In this document: positions 7,892-15,783 of the stretch, piece by piece | How positions within the stretch are numbered: the stretch's first letter is position 1 | Layout: the number at the start of each line of letters is the position of its first letter | Origin: an uncultured Oscillospiraceae bacterium | GTDB lineage: Bacteria > Bacillota > Clostridia > Saccharofermentanales > Saccharofermentanaceae | Length of the DNA: 37,927 nucleotides | Direction of reading: 5' to 3' | Assembly: GCA_964408695.1 (NCBI GenBank) | Contig: CAYPAL010000002.1 | Coordinates: 1 to 37,927 of the forward strand | The notes under the pieces: generated by a model | The model's database searches: none | What the model was told of the DNA's origin: nothing | The model's input: only the letters and a program-made list of their open reading frames with translations | Translations under genes and position numbers: made by a program

Positions 7892-9226
7892 ATGAAAACG
7901 AAACGAACCCTGCTTCTGGCCTTGATTTCCCTGGTTCTCGTCTCTCTTGTGCTTCCCGCGTGTCAGAAGAAGTATTCATCGGACGAAGAAGGACTTCTTC
8001 AGCTCCAATGCAACGCATCGGACATGGAAGCGATCATTGACGACGTCGGAATGACCGAAGAGACAGATCCGACGGAGACCGAACCCGAGGAGACGGATCC
8101 TACGGAGGCTCCGGAAGAAACTCAAACGACCGAGTCTAAGGTTGAAGAGACAAAGGCGACGGAGGCCGAGCCTACGGCGACCCCGAAGCCGACCGCAACC
8201 CCGAAGCCGACCGCAGACCCGTCCGGGCACGTTGCTCCGGCCGTCAATGCAGTCGCTCAGGCGGACGGAGTCCTGGTGACATGGAACAAGATTACAGCCG
8301 GGGACTTTGATGGTTATAAGGTCGTGTACTCCGCAACCAATCCCAATCCCAAATATCCCGACGACGGCTACTACACATTTATTACCAATTCAAATACGAC
8401 CAGTTGTTTGGTGAAGAGCTCGAAAGTTGCCGCCGGAGATTATTACTTCAGCGTGACCGCACTCTATGACGGCCATAAAGTGAAGATCGCCGGAAATGCA
8501 GTGAAGGCGACGATGCCGGCATACATCGCACCGACACCGGACGCGACTCGCGTAGCTCCTACTGTATCCGTAAGTACCGGCGCAAACACTGTGACCGTAT
8601 CTTGGGCGAAGATTAATAACAGTGATCTGGTTGGTTACAAGGTGGTCGCATCTGAATCTAACACTCGCCCGAAGTACAGCGCGGACGGATACTATGCCTG
8701 GATCACCAATCCGGATACCACGTCCTGCACGATCAATAACGGCGATTCTTATAATGGCGGAGACGTCGGGAACTTCAGCGGCGGAACGCAATATTACTTC
8801 AGCGTAACGGCTGTGTACGGAGAAGAATGGCAGAAGGTCGCAGGGAACGCTGTTCAAGCAACCATGCCCGGAGATCCTGCACCGTCCCCGACTCCGGTCC
8901 CCGTGGGAACGTATCCCTCATCGACGGTGTATACCCCGACCTCCGATGGCGTGAACATCAACATCAGTTGGGCCGCAACGACTGACGCGACGGGATTCGA
9001 TTACTATAAAGTAGTGGTTTCCGAAACGAACACGAGCCCGGTGTACCCAGCCGACGGATATTGGGCGGTCATTGAGGATCCTGCTGCGACAGCTGCTTCC
9101 TTCAATTTAGCAGTAAAGGACGCTCAGGTCGGAGATAAACTCTACATAAGAATAACGACTGTTTATAACGGCGATTATTACGCCCACGGAAACGTAGTTG
9201 AATACGTGGTTCCGGCAGCACCCTAA
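7892..9226 (+). CDS. Secreted lipoprotein with a T/P/E-rich linker and three FN3-like repeats
   Basis: Signal and lipobox MKTKRTLLLALISLVLVSLVLPAC. The linker is TDPTETEPEETDPTEAPEE...TPKPTATPKPTA. Three repeats of about 105 aa share W.K/A I...D..GYKVV.S.TN..PKYP.DGYY..I....T.S and YYFSVTA.Y...K.AGNAV.ATMP. Confidence 0.75.
   Translation: MKTKRTLLLALISLVLVSLVLPACQKKYSSDEEGLLQLQCNASDMEAIIDDVGMTEETDPTETEPEETDPTEAPEETQTTESKVEETKATEAEPTATPKPTATPKPTADPSGHVAPAVNAVAQADGVLVTWNKITAGDFDGYKVVYSATNPNPKYPDDGYYTFITNSNTTSCLVKSSKVAAGDYYFSVTALYDGHKVKIAGNAVKATMPAYIAPTPDATRVAPTVSVSTGANTVTVSWAKINNSDLVGYKVVASESNTRPKYSADGYYAWITNPDTTSCTINNGDSYNGGDVGNFSGGTQYYFSVTAVYGEEWQKVAGNAVQATMPGDPAPSPTPVPVGTYPSSTVYTPTSDGVNINISWAATTDATGFDYYKVVVSETNTSPVYPADGYWAVIEDPAATAASFNLAVKDAQVGDKLYIRITTVYNGDYYAHGNVVEYVVPAAP
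8180..8215 (+). repeat. Perfect 18-bp tandem duplication in the linker region
   Basis: accccgaagccgaccgca occurs at 8180-8197 and 8198-8215, encoding TPKPTA twice. Confidence 0.9.
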
Positions 9227-9307
9227 TTAACCATCCACGGATGGCCTTGTGACCGAAGATACCGCTCACGGAGAACGGCGTAAAATAAGTCACAAGCGTG
9301 CCCCCTC

Positions 9308-9346
9308 AATGAACGGACGTGCCCCACGCGTCCGTTCATTTTTATT
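9308..9346 (+). terminator. Rho-independent terminator of the FN3-repeat lipoprotein gene
   Basis: aatgaacggacg (9308-9319) pairs perfectly with cgtccgttcatt (9329-9340) and is followed by a T-rich run. Confidence 0.65.
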
Positions 9347-9581
9347 GTTTTTCGAGGGCAGAGAAGGACAGTTTCAATTATTTGATTGTCAAAGCATTTG
9401 TGACAGATGCACAAAATCAGGCGATATTTTTGGCTGATTCGGACAATTTTTACCGTTGTAAACGGGCGTCCTTGTGGTATCTTATTCTATAGATATTCGA
9501 AAATGGGTGGATTTGTGCATTTCTTCGAGTTTCAGCCTGAATTCACTTCATTTTTAGATAATTTGATAAGGAGTATGCAAG

Positions 9582-11705
9582 ATGAACATCACAGTAGCAT
9601 TCATTATGTCGGTTTCCGTCGCGATTATTGCTTTTCTGGTTGCGTTGTATTTCTTCTTCTGGGTGAAGAAGCAGCCATCGTCCAATCCGGAAATCGCCAG
9701 AGTCGGCGGATTCATCAAGAAAGGAGCAAATACTTTTCTTAAGAAGGAGTATATGCTCCTGGCCATTTTCGCCGGAGTCGCGGCGATTCTGATTCTCTTG
9801 TTCCTTCCGCATCCGATTTGGTCGGAGGAAACGGCAACCTGGTCCTGGAAGAGCAATCTGATCATGATGCTCTCCTATCTTTTCGGTACGGTTCTTTCCG
9901 CTCTTGCGGGTAAGGTCGGTATCGCGGTTGCGACCATTGCGAACATGAAGGCCGCCGAAGCGGCGACCAAGGGCATTCGCCCCTCGTTCCTCGCGGGTTT
10001 CCGCGGCGGTGCGGTCATGGGTATGGCCGTTGTCGGAACCAGCCTCTTGGGTGTTTCCATCGTTTACATGGTTTCCGGTGACGCCAGTGCGGTTCTCGGA
10101 TTCTCATTCGGTGCTTCGAGCCTGGCTCTCTTTGCCAAGGCGGGCGGCGGCATCTTCACGAAGACGGCGGACGTCAGCGCGGACCTCGTCGGCAAGGTCG
10201 AGCTCGGTATTCCCGAGGATGACCCCCGTAATCCCGCGGTCATCGCGGATAACGTCGGCGATAACGTCGGAGACGTTGCGGGCATGGGCGCGGATCTATT
10301 CGATTCTCATGTCGCTTCCATCAGTGCGGCTTTGGTCATGGCGTATGCCTTGGATAAGGCCGACGAGAGATTTGCCGTCATGGTCTTTGTCTATGCGGCG
10401 ATCGGTCTTTTCTGCTCCGCGGTCGGTGTTCTTTTGGCCCGCATGGGAAAGAAGGGCGGACCGACTCAGGCGCTCAACTTAAGCACGTACATTACGACGG
10501 CTTTGTTCGCCGGCTCGACGGCTTTATGTTCTCTCCTGTTCTTTAACACGGAAACGGGTTGGAGGATCTGGGGCGCGATGATGATCGGACTCTTTGTCGG
10601 TACCGTTATCGGCATCGTCAGCGATTACTTCACTAACGACAACAAGCCTCCGGTCCGTTATGTTGCGGATGCCTCCAAGACCGGTCCGGCATTTACTATC
10701 CTTTCCGGAACGTCTTACGGCTTCCTGAGCGTTTTCCCTCCGATGATCGGGATCGCGGTTTCGGCATTGGCAGCCTATAAGATCTGCTTCCCGATCACCT
10801 CCGAGCCGGTTTCGGGTATGTTCGGTATCGCGATGGCGGCAGTCGGTATGCTCTCCATCGTCGGAATGATCATCTCCAATGACGCATACGGCCCGATCGT
10901 CGACAACGCGCGCGGATTGGTCGAGATGGGCGGCCTCGGAAAAGAAGCCCTCGACATCACCGACTCGCTCGACAGCGCGGGTAATACGGTCAAGGCGGTC
11001 ACCAAAGGCTTTGCCATCGGTGCGGCCGGTCTGACCATTATCGCCCTCTTAGGTGCGTTCATGTCCGAGGTGAATGACGCGGCTCAAATCGCGATCGACG
11101 CCGGAATACAGGGTATCGAGAAAATTACGGGCTTTGACATCTTGAATCCCGTTGTGTTCTTCGGCCTCTTGGTCGGAGCGGCACTGCCTGCGGTCTTCTC
11201 CGCGATGTTGATGCTCGGCGTGGACCGTAACGCACAGAGAATGGTCGCCGAGATCCACAGACAATTCAACACCATTGTCGGTTTGAAGGAAGGCAAGAAG
11301 GGCGTTGTGCCCGAGTATGAGAAGTGCATTGATATTGCTACCATCGGCGCTTTGAAGGAATTGATCCCCGCCGGCTTAGTCGCGATTCTTTCCACTTTAT
11401 TGGTCGGATTTGTCGGCGGCGTTCAGGCGGTCGGCGGTTTCCTTGCCGGAAACATCGTCAGTGGCTTGTTGCTCGCCTTGTTCATGTCCAATGCAGGCGG
11501 ACTTTGGGACAATGCCAAGAAGTACATCGAGTCGGGTCATAACGGCGGCAAGGGCTCGGATGCCCATAAGGCGGCCGTCGTAGGAGACACCGTCGGCGAT
11601 CCCTATAAGGATACCGCGGGTCCTTCGATCAACACGCAGGTGACGGTCGTTTCGCTCGTCGCTTCCATGATGGCGACCCTGTTCCTGACGTACAGCATTT
11701 TCTAA
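9582..11705 (+). CDS. hppA: Membrane-bound proton-translocating pyrophosphatase with the K+-independent-type signature
   Basis: 707 aa polytopic protein with DNVGDNVGDVAGMGADLF, GNTVKAVTKGFAIGAAG, DNAKKYIE and GDTVGDPYKDTAGPSIN motifs. AAGGAG lies 6 nt upstream of the ATG. Confidence 0.92.
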   Translation: MNITVAFIMSVSVAIIAFLVALYFFFWVKKQPSSNPEIARVGGFIKKGANTFLKKEYMLLAIFAGVAAILILLFLPHPIWSEETATWSWKSNLIMMLSYLFGTVLSALAGKVGIAVATIANMKAAEAATKGIRPSFLAGFRGGAVMGMAVVGTSLLGVSIVYMVSGDASAVLGFSFGASSLALFAKAGGGIFTKTADVSADLVGKVELGIPEDDPRNPAVIADNVGDNVGDVAGMGADLFDSHVASISAALVMAYALDKADERFAVMVFVYAAIGLFCSAVGVLLARMGKKGGPTQALNLSTYITTALFAGSTALCSLLFFNTETGWRIWGAMMIGLFVGTVIGIVSDYFTNDNKPPVRYVADASKTGPAFTILSGTSYGFLSVFPPMIGIAVSALAAYKICFPITSEPVSGMFGIAMAAVGMLSIVGMIISNDAYGPIVDNARGLVEMGGLGKEALDITDSLDSAGNTVKAVTKGFAIGAAGLTIIALLGAFMSEVNDAAQIAIDAGIQGIEKITGFDILNPVVFFGLLVGAALPAVFSAMLMLGVDRNAQRMVAEIHRQFNTIVGLKEGKKGVVPEYEKCIDIATIGALKELIPAGLVAILSTLLVGFVGGVQAVGGFLAGNIVSGLLLALFMSNAGGLWDNAKKYIESGHNGGKGSDAHKAAVVGDTVGDPYKDTAGPSINTQVTVVSLVASMMATLFLTYSIF

Positions 11706-11730
11706 GTTCCGACTCCGGTTCAACAACAAC

Positions 11731-11767
11731 AGCGGGGCGCTTTTCACAAGGCGCCCCGCTTTTTTTC
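11731..11767 (+). terminator. Rho-independent terminator of hppA
   Basis: agcggggcgc-ttttcacaag-gcgccccgct followed by ttttttt. Confidence 0.8.
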
Positions 11768-11775
11768 GCACGTGA

Positions 11776-11785
11776 TTTTCGAAAA
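11776..11785. promoter_or_regulatory. 10-bp palindrome TTTTCGAAAA, copy 3 (candidate operator)
   Basis: Exact copy in the intergenic region between the hppA terminator and the GH2-like gene, about 115 nt upstream of ATG 11901. Confidence 0.3.
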
Positions 11786-11900
11786 GGAGGCGCATTCGGC
11801 GCAGTTGGAAGAGAACTGAAATCGGATTGACACAAAGAGGGAAAGAAGCGGTGTTAAAATGTCCTTAGTTTTAATGGACGCTTATGTCACGGAGGCCCCG

Positions 11901-14900
11901 ATGAAGCGGATCAACTGCTCGGATCAATTTACTCCTTACTCCTTTCCGGATGAAATGTACGCACAAAGAAGACAACCCGAGTTTGGGGTCGCCTCTTCGC
12001 CTTGGCGTTTTGATGTCACCGAATGGCTCTTTTTTCACGCGGATAACCGAGATCGTGTCCCGGTAGGATTTGCAGATAGAGAGACGAAAGAGCGCGATTT
12101 CATAACCATGCGCATTCCGGCGGTTTGGCAACAGGCCGGATTCGGCGAGCCGACATGCCTCCAATATGATTCGGAGACGGCGGAACAGCAGAGTAAAAAC
12201 GGCTTTTTCAAAAGGAAGATTGCGGCGATATCGTCGGATTACAAAGACGACGACATTGGTATATACCGGGCCCGGATCGATATGCCCGCCCATTACATGG
12301 ATCGGTCGGTTTATCTGGTGCTCGGCGGAGTGTGCGGTCGTTTTGAGGTCTATCTGAACGGGACACGGATCGCAGCTTCCGATCCGGTTTATACGCCGTT
12401 GAAGTTTCCTCTGACCGGCAGTCTCAAAGAAGGGCAGAATATCCTGACCCTCATGGTCTATCGCTTTGAATCCGTTACCGCAGGTCTCGGGAGTTTCGGA
12501 GACGGAACGTTCGGATTCAGCGGGATCTTTCGAACGGCTTCGATCGTCGCGGACTCGCTGATCGAGGTCCGGTCGGTCTTTGTCCGAACCGAATGGACCG
12601 GATCGGAGCAAGGCGCGGAGCTCGGAGCGAGCGCCTATCTGGACGTATCGGTGCACCTTTTCAATCACACGGATATTCCGGTGCCGGTCAAGGTCGAATA
12701 TAAGTTGATCGCGGTTTTTGACGAGTATGATATTTACAATCTGCCCGAGGTCCGCCTCCGCACTCAAAATTCCGGTGAGGCGACGGTCGAGTCCCTCAAG
12801 AGCGTTTCCATCGACAACCGGCTCTTGGCCCGCGGAGTTTTTCCATGGTCGCACGCGACGCCGAACCTCTATGATCTGATCATTCTCCTGAAGGACGCCT
12901 CAGGTCGGATCATTGTCACGCAAAAACGCAGGATCGGTTTCAGGACGGTACGGGAAGCGGATCGAAAGGTAATCGTCAACGACTACCCCGTTCCTTTGAA
13001 GGCGACACGGTATTTCTCCTTTGACCCGCAGGACGGGCTGTCGGTTACGCCCGAGCGTATGCTTCAGGATGTCATCCTGATGAAGCAAGCTCATTTGAAC
13101 ACGGTCCTGATGCCGCATTTTCCGGCCGACCCGCAGTTATTTGACTTGTGTGACCGCTATGGACTGTATGTGATCTGTCCGCTCGACAAGAAGGACCCGT
13201 CCGCTTCCTTGGAAAGCTTCCGCACGCACCCCTGTGTGATCGCATGGTCTTTGAAATTGGATTCGCGGGAGGAGTCGATGCTCGATGATCTGCGTCGATT
13301 ACTCGAAAATGATTCCGCTACCCCATTGTTTTACTGGCTCTTTCGAGATACGGGGACCGTGTCGGATTTTGATCCGTTTCATCCCGATACCGGATCGCTT
13401 TTCGGGGAATGGCAGGATATCTGTGTGGATCGCAGGTTCGCGCCGGATTCGATCGCGAAAATCGACTCGGATTTGCTCCCGGAAGCGCCGGAACTCAAGT
13501 ACCTGCATCAAGCGGATCTGTGTAAAGGCTATCGGGGTGCCGAGGTTGCGATCGCTCAGGGCATCGTCGATGCTTTTCGCGAAAAGCATCCGGAGTACGA
13601 CGAGGTGCGGCGGCGTTGTCAGACCATCGACTTTCTGGTTTCGGCGGAAGACCCTTCGCGCCCCGTTATCCTGAATACGGATCTCCATGGCGCGACGGGA
13701 GAGCTCGAACTGGAGTGGATCCTTCTTCTCGGCGGCCGTTCTGTTCGGTCTGGAAGAGGGAACCTGCGTTCACTGCCTCCGGGCGGAGAGATCGAACTCT
13801 CGTTGGGATTTCATCCGGAAGACCCGGAGGATGGCGCGGAAGGTGAGTCGGATCACCCGCGTCTTATGGACGGGCTTCCGTCGGACTTGCTTCTCAATAT
13901 TCGCGTCTTCCGGGTCGATCCCGTTCTGTGGTCCCCCATCGGATATGAAGCGGCATCCTGCCAGACCATGATCGGTAAAGTGAGCCAAAGCACGGAAACG
14001 CCTCCATCAGAATCACCTTCCGCAGAAATGATGACTGCGGATGCGTCCGAAGGCAAATCTTCAGGAGCGGAAGCAATCGGGGAGAAGCCGACCGAGACCC
14101 TTGCGTGCGGGGCGGAAGCGATCGGGGAGAAGCCGACCGAGACCCTTGAGTGCGATACGGATCAAGAACTCGATTCGTCTTCGGCGCCTGGGGCGGTTTC
14201 TGTCAAGGAAGAGGCTGAAGAGCTTCTTATAACATATGGCGGGGCTCAGGCGACGATGTCGAAGGAACACGGCGGTATCACGCTACTTGTAGTCGACGGA
14301 TGTCCGATCCTTAAAGGGTGCTTGGAGCCTTATATTTACCGGGCGTCGACCAATTCGGAGCGTTTCTATGTGCCGGTCAAGGTGCGCCCGCGTTTTTTTT
14401 CGCGAAGAAGAACATGGCGCGCGATTCAGAGCAAAATCCGGTTGAAAAAACTGGAGCGTCGGACGGATGGCGGGAAGTTGATCGTGTGCGCCTACTATCA
14501 ATGTCCCGCTTTCAAGGGTCCGATCACTCTGGAGCACTGCTTTAGTCCCGATGGGAGACTTACGGTGAGCCTTTCTTTTCTGTCGCGGATCAAGCCACCC
14601 CGGTTCGGCTTGCATCTCGGCGTACCGCCCGAAGCGGATCATTTCCGCTGGTACGGTTTCGGGCCGGGCGGGCTTTTCGAGGAGGAGAGCTGGTCTCCGT
14701 ATTTAGGGGTCTATGAGGCACACAGTGCCGATCTGTTCCATCATTACGCGAGACCGTCGGAGAACGGATCTCATCCGGGCACTCGTGTACTGGAGATCGT
14801 TGCCTCTGAAGTGTCGCGTATGAGGATCGTTCGTTCGGACGAGCCGCTTTTCGCGTTCACGGCGACGCCTTATATGCCGGAGCACATTGATGACTGCCGG

Positions 14901-15065
14901 CATGACGAATTGCTTCCGGATCCCGAAGGGGCGGAACTTTTCCTGGATTATGAATACAATGACGCGAAGGGTCTTCGTTCGGAGATCAATTCTCCGTCGG
15001 GTCTTCGTCGGTATCAGGGGACGTTTGTTTTCGAGACAACGGGGAGCGGGAAAGCAGGAACTTGA
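11901..15065 (+). CDS. LacZ-architecture (GH2-like) protein with apparently degenerate catalytic motifs
   Basis: Colinear with E. coli LacZ: IPAVWQQAGFG (sugar-binding domain), DVILMKQAHLNTVLMPHFPADPQLFDLCDRYGLYVI (TIM barrel) and WYGFGPGG...YARPSENGSHPGTRVLEI (Bgal_small_N). I prefer start ATG 11901 (GGAGG 5 nt upstream) over the listed 11859, but the start remains uncertain. Confidence 0.75.
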   Translation: MKRINCSDQFTPYSFPDEMYAQRRQPEFGVASSPWRFDVTEWLFFHADNRDRVPVGFADRETKERDFITMRIPAVWQQAGFGEPTCLQYDSETAEQQSKNGFFKRKIAAISSDYKDDDIGIYRARIDMPAHYMDRSVYLVLGGVCGRFEVYLNGTRIAASDPVYTPLKFPLTGSLKEGQNILTLMVYRFESVTAGLGSFGDGTFGFSGIFRTASIVADSLIEVRSVFVRTEWTGSEQGAELGASAYLDVSVHLFNHTDIPVPVKVEYKLIAVFDEYDIYNLPEVRLRTQNSGEATVESLKSVSIDNRLLARGVFPWSHATPNLYDLIILLKDASGRIIVTQKRRIGFRTVREADRKVIVNDYPVPLKATRYFSFDPQDGLSVTPERMLQDVILMKQAHLNTVLMPHFPADPQLFDLCDRYGLYVICPLDKKDPSASLESFRTHPCVIAWSLKLDSREESMLDDLRRLLENDSATPLFYWLFRDTGTVSDFDPFHPDTGSLFGEWQDICVDRRFAPDSIAKIDSDLLPEAPELKYLHQADLCKGYRGAEVAIAQGIVDAFREKHPEYDEVRRRCQTIDFLVSAEDPSRPVILNTDLHGATGELELEWILLLGGRSVRSGRGNLRSLPPGGEIELSLGFHPEDPEDGAEGESDHPRLMDGLPSDLLLNIRVFRVDPVLWSPIGYEAASCQTMIGKVSQSTETPPSESPSAEMMTADASEGKSSGAEAIGEKPTETLACGAEAIGEKPTETLECDTDQELDSSSAPGAVSVKEEAEELLITYGGAQATMSKEHGGITLLVVDGCPILKGCLEPYIYRASTNSERFYVPVKVRPRFFSRRRTWRAIQSKIRLKKLERRTDGGKLIVCAYYQCPAFKGPITLEHCFSPDGRLTVSLSFLSRIKPPRFGLHLGVPPEADHFRWYGFGPGGLFEEESWSPYLGVYEAHSADLFHHYARPSENGSHPGTRVLEIVASEVSRMRIVRSDEPLFAFTATPYMPEHIDDCRHDELLPDPEGAELFLDYEYNDAKGLRSEINSPSGLRRYQGTFVFETTGSGKAGT
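14067..14156 (+). repeat. 45-bp tandem duplication (2 copies, 3 mismatches) inside the GH2-like gene
   Basis: gcggaagcAatcggggagaagccgaccgagacccttgCgtgcGGg (14067-14111) is repeated at 14112-14156, differing only at the capitalised positions. It encodes AEAIGEKPTETL(A/E)C(G/D) twice within a low-complexity linker. Confidence 0.9.
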
Positions 15066-15765
15066 GTTCTCGCACCTCCGCTTCTTCCAAATAACGCCAT
15101 GAGCCGAGCGACAAATCGCCGAGTCGAATATTCATGATACGGGTTCGGCAAAGGCGGTTGACCCTGTACCCGTGATACTCGCACATACGGCGGATCTGCC
15201 GGTTGAGACCCTGTGTCAGGATGATCGTAAAGGATCTGTCGCCGGTTTGATGAACGGTACACGGAAGGGTCACCGTATCGAGGATCGGAACACCGGCGGC
15301 CATCGACTCCAAAAATCCCCCGCGGATCGGATGATCCACAAAAACTTCATACTCCTTCTCGTGAAAACCGTCGGTCCGCGTGATCCGATTCGCGGTCTCT
15401 CCGTCATTGGTGAGGATCAGAAGACCGGTGGACAGCTTATCGAGTCTTCCGACAGGAAACACCCTTCGGTCGAAGCCCAGATAATCGATCACATTGTCCG
15501 GGTCGTCCGTGGCCGCGGTGCAGGTGATCCCGCGAGGCTTGTTGAGTGCGATGTAAACATGCTCGGGATCGACATTGATTCTTTGACCCCGAACGCAGAC
15601 TTCTTGACCTGACAACACCCGCTCTCCCGTAACGGCAACTCTTCCGTCGACCGTGACCTCGCCCGACGCGATGAGCTCGTCCGCTTTCCTTCTGGAGCAG
15701 ATCCCGGCAGACGCCAGATATCGATTGATTCGGATCCCCAATGGGTCGATGGTGTGTTCACTCAT
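14986..15765 (-). CDS. rluF: RsuA/RluF-family pseudouridine synthase with N-terminal S4 domain
   Basis: IRINRYLASAGICSRRKADELI (S4), NKPRGITC, VFPVGRLDKLSTGLLILTNDG, HEKEYEV, GVPILDTVTLPC and QGLNRQIRRMCEYHGYRV..L.RTRIMN closely follow the RluF pattern. Confidence 0.8.
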   Translation of the reverse strand: MSEHTIDPLGIRINRYLASAGICSRRKADELIASGEVTVDGRVAVTGERVLSGQEVCVRGQRINVDPEHVYIALNKPRGITCTAATDDPDNVIDYLGFDRRVFPVGRLDKLSTGLLILTNDGETANRITRTDGFHEKEYEVFVDHPIRGGFLESMAAGVPILDTVTLPCTVHQTGDRSFTIILTQGLNRQIRRMCEYHGYRVNRLCRTRIMNIRLGDLSLGSWRYLEEAEVRELKFLLSRSPLSRKQTSPDTDEDPTEN

Positions 15766-15783
15766 GGATCATCGCCTTATGCA

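Noticed and set aside
9351-9581. Possible riboswitch or operator upstream of hppA (TGTCA-N9-TGACA inverted repeat near 9387-9405; candidate promoter TTGTAA-16-TATCTT at 9456-9483)
   Set aside because: The 5-bp arms are too short to be meaningful. I recognise no riboswitch consensus, and the promoter match is weak. Nothing here is strong enough to report.
11871-12854. 327-aa minus-strand ORF antisense to the LacZ-like gene, and likewise 1310..2038 antisense to araD and 15754..16326 antisense to the kinase gene
   Set aside because: In each case the opposite strand carries a gene with family-level similarity. These ORFs have no RBS or motif support.
13568-13583. 16-bp perfect palindrome gcttttcgcgaaaagc inside the LacZ-like gene
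   Set aside because: It is a single occurrence within coding sequence (DAFREKH). It is related to the common TTTTCG/CGAAAA words, and nothing indicates a regulatory role.
14067-14156. Tandem repeats (45-bp, 30-bp at 4041 and 18-bp at 8180) as possible CRISPR or minisatellite arrays
   Set aside because: Only two copies each, no spacers, and all in-frame within coding linkers. They are intragenic duplications, not CRISPR arrays.
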